Assembly: GCA_913040915.1 (NCBI GenBank)
Contig: CAJWHW010000005.1
Coordinates: 14,663 to 78,662, forward strand
Length of the DNA: 64,000 bases
Reading direction: 5' to 3'
Source of the DNA: an uncultured Fidelibacterota bacterium
Lineage (GTDB): Bacteria > Fidelibacterota > Marinisomatia > Marinisomatales > UBA1611
The notes under the pieces: generated by a model
Databases searched by the model: none
The model's input: only the letters and a program-made list of their open reading frames with translations
Told to the model about the DNA's origin: nothing
Shown: positions 1-8,457 of the stretch, piece by piece
How positions within the stretch are numbered: position 1 is the stretch's first letter
Layout: every line of letters begins with the position of its first letter
Translations under genes and position numbers: made by a program

Positions 1-675
1 ATCTGCTGCTGGCATCCAGGGTAAAATATCATGTCCTTCAATGATTGTAGTATGATTGCGTAGCGCTGAAAAAAGTTCAACAGTCTCCCATTTTTCTAAA
101 TCATGAAATTTGATTACCCATTGCCAATTAACGTTTATTTGCTGAAGAGCAGATAGCATTGCAGGTGCTGAAGTATATTTAGGTGAAAATGTTGGTGCAT
201 ATAAAATAACCGGTTTCTCTGAATCTAATCCTAGCTTTGTTTTTGCTTTTTCAATTGGTATAGAATTGTCCACAGTATCCAATTTAGGCCAACCAGTTTC
301 CTTTACTAAAAATGATTGATGTTTCTTTTGAAGCATTTTGAATTTATCAGTCATCACAGGCCCGGCTGTACAATATAGATCAAAAAACCCAGTTATATCA
401 TAATGTCCTTTTTTTTCTTCACCCAGGCCATGGAATATTTGCACCTTCAATCCGGGCCAAAAATCAGGAACCACATTACCAGGAACTATCACAGCATCAG
501 GATTATAGTTTCTTACTTCATTTGAAGATGAAAGAATATTTCCAGTAAGATTTGCTGTAGAGGCGGAGCCTGCTTTATACCAAGCTATGTCTACATTTGT
601 ATTATTGCAGGCAATTTGGAGTGGTTTTAAAATTGCAATAGAATATAGTTTTGTTATGAAAAAAAGAAATTTCAA
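1..675 (-). CDS. CDP-glycerol glycerophosphotransferase (TagB/TagF-like) family protein, partial (runs off window start)
   Basis: Not in ORF track. Manual translation from TTG at 675 gives MKFLFFITKLYSIAILKPL...QIFHG...ETGWPKLD...ILYAPTFS...IKFH, with the same motifs as the neighbouring 375-aa paralog. Confidence 0.8.
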   Translation of the reverse strand, partial: MKFLFFITKLYSIAILKPLQIACNNTNVDIAWYKAGSASTANLTGNILSSSNEVRNYNPDAVIVPGNVVPDFWPGLKVQIFHGLGEEKKGHYDITGFFDLYCTAGPVMTDKFKMLQKKHQSFLVKETGWPKLDTVDNSIPIEKAKTKLGLDSEKPVILYAPTFSPKYTSAPAMLSALQQINVNWQWVIKFHDLEKWETVELFSALRNHTTIIEGHDILPWMPAAD

Positions 676-678
676 TGC

Positions 679-1806
679 TTACCGTTGTTGAAGTCTGCCA
701 AGGATTACATCTCTGACTCGTTCAGATGCTTTCCCATCTAATTTATACAACATTTTATGTTGGTATTCTTTCATAGCATCCATTTTTTTATGATTTTTAT
801 TTATAGCTGTGGTTAATACATATGGTAAATCTTTTGCCCTATGCATCTCAACACAAAAATCAGCTAAATCATTATTCATTTCCTTGCTCAATCTTTTACG
901 GAATAATCTATAGCGAAATAATTTATGTGATAATTTGAGTTTGTAAAAACGATTCACGATGACTGGTTTATTTAATGCTATCATTTCAAAAATGGTGCTG
1001 GAAGCTTCTGTTAACAATAAATCAGAAATTTTATAATAAGGTGTAATATTATATTCATTTGGGCCTAACAATTTGATATGGTCAAATTTTTCAGCCAATT
1101 TATATATCAATTCCCGCTGAGGTTTTAAGTTGTATTGGGAGAATTCATCCAAAAAATAAGTCCACATGTGTGGTTTTAAAATCACATTATAATCTTGTGT
1201 ATAATCACCAAATCTCATTCCGAATCGTTCGATTGAACTGGGATAAAATGTAGGGGCGAATAAAATGGTTTTTTTCGAAGAATCTAATCCTAATGATTTT
1301 TTCAAAGCTTGAAATTTATTATCGGTTCTTTGAAATAGCGGATCAAGTTTCGTAAAACCAGTTAAAGCTAAATCCGTTTTTATACCCTTTTGACGAAGCT
1401 GTTCTATTCGGTATTCACCTTCAACAAAACGAATATCCAGACGTTTTTTATTATCTTTCCAATAAGACGGCTTTACTCCAATCCCATGATAAATCATACC
1501 TACTAAAGTAGAATCAGGTACAAATTTACTTATCTCATAACGTGACCAACCGCAAATAAAGATATCAGGCGAAAGTGCTTTTATTTTTAATGCTCGAGTT
1601 TCTTCAGAATCTGCAAGAATTAATTCACCGGGTTTATTTTTTAAAATCGAGACGCATAATTCTAATTCTTGGGGTTTATTATGCGATGCGGTTGAAAAAT
1701 ATAGTTTGAACCTTTCGTCCTTACAAAGTAAATCAATTACAGGATCAAACTGTGGTAAATGATAAAGATGAAAACTATCAAAAACGATTTTATATGGATT
1801 GGCCAC
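679..1806 (-). CDS. CDP-glycerol glycerophosphotransferase family protein
   Basis: Motifs IYHGIG, TGFTKLD, ILFAPTF, KPH, LLTEASS, DGKASER; GTG start. Confidence 0.8.
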   Translation of the reverse strand: MANPYKIVFDSFHLYHLPQFDPVIDLLCKDERFKLYFSTASHNKPQELELCVSILKNKPGELILADSEETRALKIKALSPDIFICGWSRYEISKFVPDSTLVGMIYHGIGVKPSYWKDNKKRLDIRFVEGEYRIEQLRQKGIKTDLALTGFTKLDPLFQRTDNKFQALKKSLGLDSSKKTILFAPTFYPSSIERFGMRFGDYTQDYNVILKPHMWTYFLDEFSQYNLKPQRELIYKLAEKFDHIKLLGPNEYNITPYYKISDLLLTEASSTIFEMIALNKPVIVNRFYKLKLSHKLFRYRLFRKRLSKEMNNDLADFCVEMHRAKDLPYVLTTAINKNHKKMDAMKEYQHKMLYKLDGKASERVRDVILGRLQQR

Positions 1807-1808
1807 GC

Positions 1809-3641
1809 TTAATCAATTACCATATTTTCATATAATTGTTGATATAATCCACCTTCCCTAAGCAAGGATTCATGTGTCCCTTCCTCTATAACTTGTCCTT
1901 CATTTAAAACAATAATTTTATCCGCACGTTTGATAGTAGATAAACGATGAGCTATAACTAATGTCGTTCTCTCCTTCATTAAATTTTCTAGGGCTGCCTG
2001 AACTTTTCTTTCTGATTCAGTATCTAGAGATGATGTTGCCTCATCTAATATTAGGATTGGCGGATTTCTTAATATGGCTCTTGCTATCGCCAATCTTTGT
2101 CGCTGCCCACCAGATAATCTAATGCCTTTTTCTCCAATCACTGTTTTAAAACCATCAGGTTGTTCACAAATAAAGTCATATGCATTGGCTGCTTTGGCAG
2201 CTGCCACCAATTCTTGTTCTGAAACATTTTCTAATCCATAAGAAATATTGAATGCAATAGTTTGGTCAAATAAAATTGTTTCCTGGGTGACAATACCCAT
2301 TTTATTTCTTAGCGAATTCAAGGTAACACTTCGAATATCATTACCATCAATCTCAATTGAGCCGGACTGGATATCATAGAATCGTGGAATTAAATCTGCG
2401 ATAGTAGACTTTCCAGCCCCACTGGGCCCAACGAGAGCAACAATCTTTCCCTTAGGAATAGTAAAAGAAACATCACAAAGAACTTTATCACCAGAATCGT
2501 AATAAAACCCTATTTTATTAAGTTCAATTTGTGAATCAAAATTTTCTAACTTGATTGCATTTTCTTTATTTGAGATATCCGGTTGGGTATCTAAAATATT
2601 AAAAACTCGCTCTGCTGAAGCAATACCCTTTTGGAGATTCACACCTACATTAGATAGAAGTCTAACAGGCCCTAAAACACTGAACATTATCAATATAAAT
2701 CGAATAAAATCTTCCGAACTCATTGTACCATTTACTAAAACATCCATTCCACCAATCCATAAAAGTGAAACACCGATAATAGAACCAATAGTTTCAGTAA
2801 TGGGGGTAGTAGTTAATCTCAGTCTTGCCTGTCGAAATATCAAATGATAATATCGATCCTGTTCCTTTTTGAATCTGTTTCTTTCAAAATCTTCAGTGCC
2901 AAATGCTTTCACAACACGGATTGAATTAAGAATTTCTGTTATAATGCCCATGATACCTGCAATTTGCTGGGCTGTCCTTTTTGCTTTCCTTCGAATACTT
3001 CTGCCTATCCAAAAAATGATAGACGTAGTTAATGGTACAATTATAAGAGCAATCGTAGCTAATTTTATATTTATGATGAACAGGATTATAATGAACACCA
3101 AAATATTAATGGGCTCCACGAATACTCTATGAAAACTTGTCCCAAGCGCTACCCGCATGTTAGAGACATCTGTTACCACAATTGATGTGAGTTCTCCGCT
3201 CCGTGCTTTATCAAAAAAAGATAAAGATAAATTATGGAAGTGATAATAAAGCTTATTTCTTATTTTAGTGATAAGATTGAACTGAATATAAGTAAGACAA
3301 ATATTTTTCAAGTATAGAAATACATTTTTTATTAAGAAAACAATTAAAATAGTAAAACACAAAACCTTTAAAGTCTCTCTAGGAGATTCTCTTAAAATGA
3401 TTTCATTTGTCCAATATTTCAATTGATCATTTAAACTGGAAATATTTACTGTTAAAGTTTCGTGATCACTAATCAATTGATCGAAATCAGTTAAAATATT
3501 ATTTATTAGAGATGCAGTTAGCCATATGGATAAGCTATTAAAAATAACATAGATCAAAGCAGCAATAGTTGAAACTAGCAGCAGGAGCCAATATGGCAAA
3601 ATGAGTTTTCCCAAACGGGAATAAATATTTTGAGTCATCAT
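1809..3641 (-). CDS. msbA: MsbA-like lipid A/LPS ABC exporter (TMD+NBD)
   Basis: N-terminal TM domain; Walker A GPSGAGKST, signature LSGGQRQR, Walker B ILILDEATSSLD, IAHRLST. Confidence 0.8.
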   Translation of the reverse strand: MMTQNIYSRLGKLILPYWLLLLVSTIAALIYVIFNSLSIWLTASLINNILTDFDQLISDHETLTVNISSLNDQLKYWTNEIILRESPRETLKVLCFTILIVFLIKNVFLYLKNICLTYIQFNLITKIRNKLYYHFHNLSLSFFDKARSGELTSIVVTDVSNMRVALGTSFHRVFVEPINILVFIIILFIINIKLATIALIIVPLTTSIIFWIGRSIRRKAKRTAQQIAGIMGIITEILNSIRVVKAFGTEDFERNRFKKEQDRYYHLIFRQARLRLTTTPITETIGSIIGVSLLWIGGMDVLVNGTMSSEDFIRFILIMFSVLGPVRLLSNVGVNLQKGIASAERVFNILDTQPDISNKENAIKLENFDSQIELNKIGFYYDSGDKVLCDVSFTIPKGKIVALVGPSGAGKSTIADLIPRFYDIQSGSIEIDGNDIRSVTLNSLRNKMGIVTQETILFDQTIAFNISYGLENVSEQELVAAAKAANAYDFICEQPDGFKTVIGEKGIRLSGGQRQRLAIARAILRNPPILILDEATSSLDTESERKVQAALENLMKERTTLVIAHRLSTIKRADKIIVLNEGQVIEEGTHESLLREGGLYQQLYENMVID

Positions 3642-3647
3642 CTGAAG

Positions 3648-4097
3648 TTAACCTGAGTAAACCATTTTTTGGTGCGGAATTTCTGCTTCCATAAATCTAT
3701 CTCCTACTTGGGAAAATCCTAGCTTACCATAAAATTCAATTACAGATTCCTGAGCATTCAAATAAATTATTTTCTCATTTTTCAATATTTCTAGAGTAAA
3801 TAAAACCAATGACTTACCTACCCCAAGGTTCCGATATTCATTTAAAACAGCAAACCTCTCTAACTTAATACCAAGATCTGTTTTACGCCATCTAGCAGTT
3901 CCGACAGGCCTTTCTTTAAATATTGCCAAAATATGAGTTGCATCAATTTGACTATCATCTTCTTCTATTTCAATGGGTATGTTTTGTCCTAAAACAAAAA
4001 CCTGCCTTCTAATGAAGAGACAGGTTTGATGATCTTTTTCAGATTCAACAATTATAATCTTGATATCCACATATAAAATTTCGCTTTTTCTCTGCAT
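3648..4097 (-). CDS. GNAT N-acetyltransferase (ElaA/YjcF-like)
   Basis: IRRQVFV..Q, ERFAVL..YRNLGVG acetyl-CoA motif, LNAQ, FY.KLGF, EAEIPH. Confidence 0.85.
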   Translation of the reverse strand: MQRKSEILYVDIKIIIVESEKDHQTCLFIRRQVFVLGQNIPIEIEEDDSQIDATHILAIFKERPVGTARWRKTDLGIKLERFAVLNEYRNLGVGKSLVLFTLEILKNEKIIYLNAQESVIEFYGKLGFSQVGDRFMEAEIPHQKMVYSG

Positions 4098-4142
4098 CTA
4101 TTCACGAAAAAAGATTATATCTTAATTTTGTTAAATTGAACC

Positions 4143-5276
4143 ATGATTTATGCAGGTATCTATATCCATATCCCTTTTTGCGCCATAAAATGTATGTATT
4201 GTGATTTCTACTCCATAGCAGATGGTGAAGACAATATTCCTCAATTTGTTGATGCAGTTTCTTGGGAAATTAAAAACTGTTTAATAGATGTATCTGATTG
4301 GGAATTTGATACAATCTTTATAGGTGGCGGGACACCAAGTCTATTAAAAACAAGTCATATAGAAAATATCCTATCCTGTTTAAATAAAAAATTTGACCTT
4401 TCAAATGTAAAAGAATTCACAATAGAAGCAAATCCGGGAGAAATAACAAAAGACAAGTTAAAGGACTTCCGACAAATGGGAATCAATCGGTTATCCATTG
4501 GTGTACAATCGTTGGAGCCAGACTTATTGAAATTTTTAACACGAATACATTCAGTAGACCAAATATTTGAGACATATGAATTTGCTAGATCTGCAGGATT
4601 CAATAATGTCAATTGTGACTTAATTTATTCCATCCCTGGTCAAACTTGGGATATTTGGCAACGAGATCTTAATCAAATCATTGAATTAGAACCGAACCAT
4701 ATTTCTGCTTACACACTTACTTTAGAAAAAGGAACAGATCTTTTCAAATTAGTAAAAAATAAAAAAGTTACCATGCCAAAAGATGGGCAAACAGGCGATT
4801 GGATTTTACAAACACATGACATTTTAAAAAATGCAGGGTATCCCGCATATGAGATTTCCAATTTTTCAAAACCGGAATTTAAATGTATGCATAATCTTCA
4901 TTATTGGCGCATTCAACCCTACTTAGCGTTTGGTCCTTCAGCGCACGGATTTGATGGACAAAATCGATGGAACAATTCAAGATCGTTAGATAATTATTTC
5001 AAACAAATTGAATCTGAAAAATCTCCAATCTCTATGATAGAAATATTAAGTGAAAAAGATAAATTAAATGAAATGATCGGTTTTGGACTTCGTTTGAAAG
5101 AAGGGATTAATTATTCAAAAATTCCGGAGATTTTTTTAGATACTTTTAATCAAAATTTAGAAATTGCTCAACAAAAATGGAGTGGTTGTTTTATCTTAAA
5201 AGAAAAATCAATTTCACTAACTACCAAAGGCATGGCGTACTGTGATGGGATTGGAGTGGATCTAATGATGGATTAG
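4143..5276 (+). CDS. hemW: Radical SAM heme chaperone HemW
   Basis: YIHIPFC-x3-C-x2-CDF, GGGTPS, EANP, YEISN, HNxxYW. Confidence 0.9.
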   Translation: MIYAGIYIHIPFCAIKCMYCDFYSIADGEDNIPQFVDAVSWEIKNCLIDVSDWEFDTIFIGGGTPSLLKTSHIENILSCLNKKFDLSNVKEFTIEANPGEITKDKLKDFRQMGINRLSIGVQSLEPDLLKFLTRIHSVDQIFETYEFARSAGFNNVNCDLIYSIPGQTWDIWQRDLNQIIELEPNHISAYTLTLEKGTDLFKLVKNKKVTMPKDGQTGDWILQTHDILKNAGYPAYEISNFSKPEFKCMHNLHYWRIQPYLAFGPSAHGFDGQNRWNNSRSLDNYFKQIESEKSPISMIEILSEKDKLNEMIGFGLRLKEGINYSKIPEIFLDTFNQNLEIAQQKWSGCFILKEKSISLTTKGMAYCDGIGVDLMMD

Positions 5277-5353
5277 GGATTTTTAGGCAGAAGATTGTGT
5301 ATTTGAGTTCTATCTAACTCCCCAACACCTAATCACTTTTAAACTTAGAAACA

Positions 5354-6127
5354 CTAGTATGTGAAGTGTTTTATCTTCTCTCCTTCATCACCAATTCGCA
5401 TCATCGCTTCAATACCCATTTCTAAATGAAGGTCCACGTATTGATGAGTGACTTCTTTATCCGATTCTTCTGTCTTTACCCCTTCCGGTGTCATGGGTGT
5501 ATCAGAAACTAATAATAAAGCACCTCTGTTAATGCCATTGGCAAACCCTGTAATGAAAACAGTGGCAGTCTCCATATCAATTCCAATTGCACGCACTTTT
5601 CGAAGATATGCTTTGAATTCATTATCATGTTCCCACACACGACGATTAGTTGTATATATCACACCGGTACGATATTCCATTTCATGTTCAAATAATACTT
5701 GGGACACATGTTTGTGAAGTTTAAATGAAGGCATCGCGGGCACTTCTTTGGGAAAATAATCATCACTTGTACCCTCTCCACGGATGGCTGCAATGGGTAA
5801 AATAAAATGACCCAACTCTGTAGATTGTTTTAACCCTCCACATTTCCCAAGGAATAAAACACCCTTTGGAGAGATACTAGATATTAAATCCATAATTGTG
5901 GCTGCATTGGCACTGCCCATTCCATAATTGATAATAGATAACCCCTCGTTATTCGTGGCTGATGTCATAGCACCACTTTTGCCTTTCACATACACATCAA
6001 ATTTTTCCGCAAACTTGTCTACGTAGTTTTGAAAATTGGTAATGAGAATCCAATCACCAAAATCATCTGGATCTGTGCCCGTATAACGGCGGAGCCAATT
6101 TCTTGTGATTTTTTCTTTATTCATCAT
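5354..6127 (-). CDS. amn: AMP nucleosidase (short Bacteroidetes-type, PNP/UDP superfamily)
   Basis: NWLRRYTG, INYGMGSANAATIMDL, FLGKCGGL, IRGEGTSDDY, TTNRRVWE, DMETAT. Confidence 0.85.
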   Translation of the reverse strand: MMNKEKITRNWLRRYTGTDPDDFGDWILITNFQNYVDKFAEKFDVYVKGKSGAMTSATNNEGLSIINYGMGSANAATIMDLISSISPKGVLFLGKCGGLKQSTELGHFILPIAAIRGEGTSDDYFPKEVPAMPSFKLHKHVSQVLFEHEMEYRTGVIYTTNRRVWEHDNEFKAYLRKVRAIGIDMETATVFITGFANGINRGALLLVSDTPMTPEGVKTEESDKEVTHQYVDLHLEMGIEAMMRIGDEGEKIKHFTY

Positions 6128-6888
6128 TTATCTAAGATTAACGAAACAGGGCAATGGTCGGAACCAAAAATATCAGAATGAATATCCGCATCAATACAAA
6201 ATTTTACCATATCTTCATTCACAAAAAAGTAATCAATCCGCCAACCTACGTTTCGTTCTCTTGCACCAAAACGGTACGTCCACCAAGAATATCGTTCTCC
6301 TTCTTCATGAAATAATCGAAATGTATCTACCCACCCTTCTTCTACATATCGGTCTAATTTTTCACGTTCGATGGGCATAAAACCAGATGTATTTATATTA
6401 TCTTTTGGCCTGGCCAAATCTATGGGCTGGTGAGCTGTATTCCAATCCCCTGCAACAATAACATTATTTCCAGATTCAACCTGCTCATTGATTATTGGAA
6501 GTAAATCATCATAAAAATCTAATTTATATTTCAGACGTATATCATCTTTTTGCCCATTTGGGAAATAAATATTATAGATGAGAAAATTCTCATGCTCTGT
6601 CAATAGAACACGGCCTTCATCGTCATATTTTTGGATTCCCAATCCTTCTTGAACATAGAGCGGTTCTTCTCTACAGAAGGTTGCGACACCACTGTAACCT
6701 CTGCGTACACCAGAATGCCAATATGCATAATACCCATGGTCTTCTAAAATCTCCTTTGATAACTGATCAACATGTGCCTTTGTTTCTTGAATACATAAGA
6801 TATCAGGCTGTTCATGATCTAAATAATCTAAAAACCCTTTTTTTACCGCTGCCCTAATGCCATTTACATTCCAAGAGATAAGTTTCAT
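6124..6888 (-). CDS. xth: Exodeoxyribonuclease III (AP endonuclease)
   Basis: SWNVNGIRA, CIQETK, GYSGVA, EGR, YFPNG, GDWNTAH, GWRIDY, GSDHCP. Confidence 0.95.
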   Translation of the reverse strand: MKLISWNVNGIRAAVKKGFLDYLDHEQPDILCIQETKAHVDQLSKEILEDHGYYAYWHSGVRRGYSGVATFCREEPLYVQEGLGIQKYDDEGRVLLTEHENFLIYNIYFPNGQKDDIRLKYKLDFYDDLLPIINEQVESGNNVIVAGDWNTAHQPIDLARPKDNINTSGFMPIEREKLDRYVEEGWVDTFRLFHEEGERYSWWTYRFGARERNVGWRIDYFFVNEDMVKFCIDADIHSDIFGSDHCPVSLILDK

Positions 6889-7018
6889 GATTTTTTCCTA
6901 AAATTTAGTGATGAGTTTAATCCCACTTTTGATAGATCGCCAAATAGGGTAAATATGACTTAAATTTAGGTGAGTAGAATAGAATGTTTTAATTTCATGC
7001 ACCAATTTTCTGGAAAAA

Positions 7019-7492
7019 ATGTCTCAAAAACGTAAAGGAATTTCTAAACCTCGGCATAAGCCATTTTTCCAAGAATACAACTTCGAAATTACTGTTTTAT
7101 TGTTAATTAGTCTGGGCATTTTTCTATTAGTAGAGGAAATGGAGATTAAACATTATATCTATGTAATTATTAGAAGTATTTTATTCTCAATTGGAGATTT
7201 CATAAAAACTCTCCGAGACGGAACAATTTTTTTAATTGATAAGTTTGAAGTTTCGGATATAGTGGGCATTTCACTAATTATTTTTGCTCTCTTTCTTATT
7301 GCCAATCGCTGGCGGGAAAGAATGATTGAACGTTACTCTATTTTAAAAAAATGTCCTAAATGTTCCAGCGAATTAAAAAGGATCCGTAGGGAATTAAAAC
7401 ATAAAATAACCGGCTTTATTTATTTTGTTAATGTGAAAAATTATCACTGTAAAGAATGTGATTATAATGGCATAAAAATGATGAAAAATTAA
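7019..7492 (+). CDS. Hypothetical membrane protein with C-terminal zinc ribbon
   Basis: 2-3 hydrophobic segments followed by CPKC...CKEC. Confidence 0.65.
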   Translation: MSQKRKGISKPRHKPFFQEYNFEITVLLLISLGIFLLVEEMEIKHYIYVIIRSILFSIGDFIKTLRDGTIFLIDKFEVSDIVGISLIIFALFLIANRWRERMIERYSILKKCPKCSSELKRIRRELKHKITGFIYFVNVKNYHCKECDYNGIKMMKN

Positions 7493-7504
7493 AAAGGGAA
7501 AAAA

Positions 7505-7825
7505 ATGGAATTAAAAAAACAGATTATTCAGGATATTCAGTCAAATCCAATCATACTTTATTTAAAAGGGACTAAAGAAATGCCAGTTTGTGGATTCTCA
7601 AATCAAGTAGTGCAAATATTAAACCATTATGGAGTAGAGTACAAAGATATTAATGTATTGGAAGACCCCATGATTCGGATAAAATTAAGTGAACATTCCA
7701 ACTGGCCAACCATTCCCCAATTATTTGTGAATGGTGAACTAGTTGGTGGAGCAGATATTGCAATGGAGTTACATCAAAACGGTCAACTATTAGATATCCT
7801 TGATAAGGTAAATTCTAACGGGTAA
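7505..7825 (+). CDS. grxD: Monothiol glutaredoxin (Grx4 family)
   Basis: LKGT...P.CGFS, WPTIPQLFVNGELVGG.DI. Confidence 0.95.
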   Translation: MELKKQIIQDIQSNPIILYLKGTKEMPVCGFSNQVVQILNHYGVEYKDINVLEDPMIRIKLSEHSNWPTIPQLFVNGELVGGADIAMELHQNGQLLDILDKVNSNG

Positions 7826-7904
7826 ATCAAATAAAAAAGATTGGTGTAGCTTATCTACTTTAAATAAATTTTTCCCCAATTTTATTAATGAATCATCACT
7901 TTTT

Positions 7905-7976
7905 GGCCCGTTCGTCTAGTGGTTAGGACTCCAGGTTTTCATCCTGGCAACAGGAGTTCGATTCTCCTACGGGCTA
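7905..7976 (+). tRNA. tRNA-Glu (TTC); CCA not encoded
   Basis: Acceptor stem GGCCCGT/ACGGGCT, D-arm with TAGTGG, anticodon arm CCAGG-TT-TTC-AT-CCTGG, T-arm AGGAG-TTCGATT-CTCCT. Confidence 0.97.
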
Positions 7977-7982
7977 CAACTG

Positions 7983-8008
7983 AAACCCCGCAATTGCGGG
8001 GTTTTTTT
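7983..8008 (+). terminator. Intrinsic terminator after tRNA-Glu
   Basis: Perfect palindrome AAACCCCGCAATTGCGGGGTTT running into a T tract. Confidence 0.85.
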
Positions 8009-8028
8009 AATCCAATCTAATTTGGCTC

Positions 8029-8454
8029 ATGTATATTGAACTGCACCCAACTTTAGTACATTTTCCAATTGCTTTTATCACATTAGCATATTTTTTCCAA
8101 TGGGTTATTGTAATAAAACCAGGTTGGGTTCCAAAACATTTAAATTTATGGGTTTTAATCCCTGCTGCTCTATCCACTCTTCCTGCTGTTTTATCCGGTG
8201 AAAACGCCAAAGAATCTCTTAGTGACATTTGTCAGGAAGCACATGAAACATTAAAAAATCATGAGCTCTTTGCTAATATAACTACATGGGGAATTATTCT
8301 TTTAACCTTGGTATGGGTTTATATAACAATTAAAGGGAAAGCTGATGCCAAAGTTCAGCAACTTCTAACAGCATTTTTAACACTAGTATTTATAAGTGCT
8401 TGCATTACAGGCTACTTAGGTGGAGAATTAGTTCATAAATGGAATGTGAATTAA
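8029..8454 (+). CDS. DUF2231-like membrane protein
   Basis: LHPTLVHFPIA, four TM segments, H in loop, GYLGGELVH. Confidence 0.75.
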   Translation: MYIELHPTLVHFPIAFITLAYFFQWVIVIKPGWVPKHLNLWVLIPAALSTLPAVLSGENAKESLSDICQEAHETLKNHELFANITTWGIILLTLVWVYITIKGKADAKVQQLLTAFLTLVFISACITGYLGGELVHKWNVN

Positions 8455-8457
8455 TTT

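Noticed and set aside
7905..8008. tRNA-Glu as the integration site of an island
   Set aside because: No integrase and no duplicated tRNA 3' end seen in the window.
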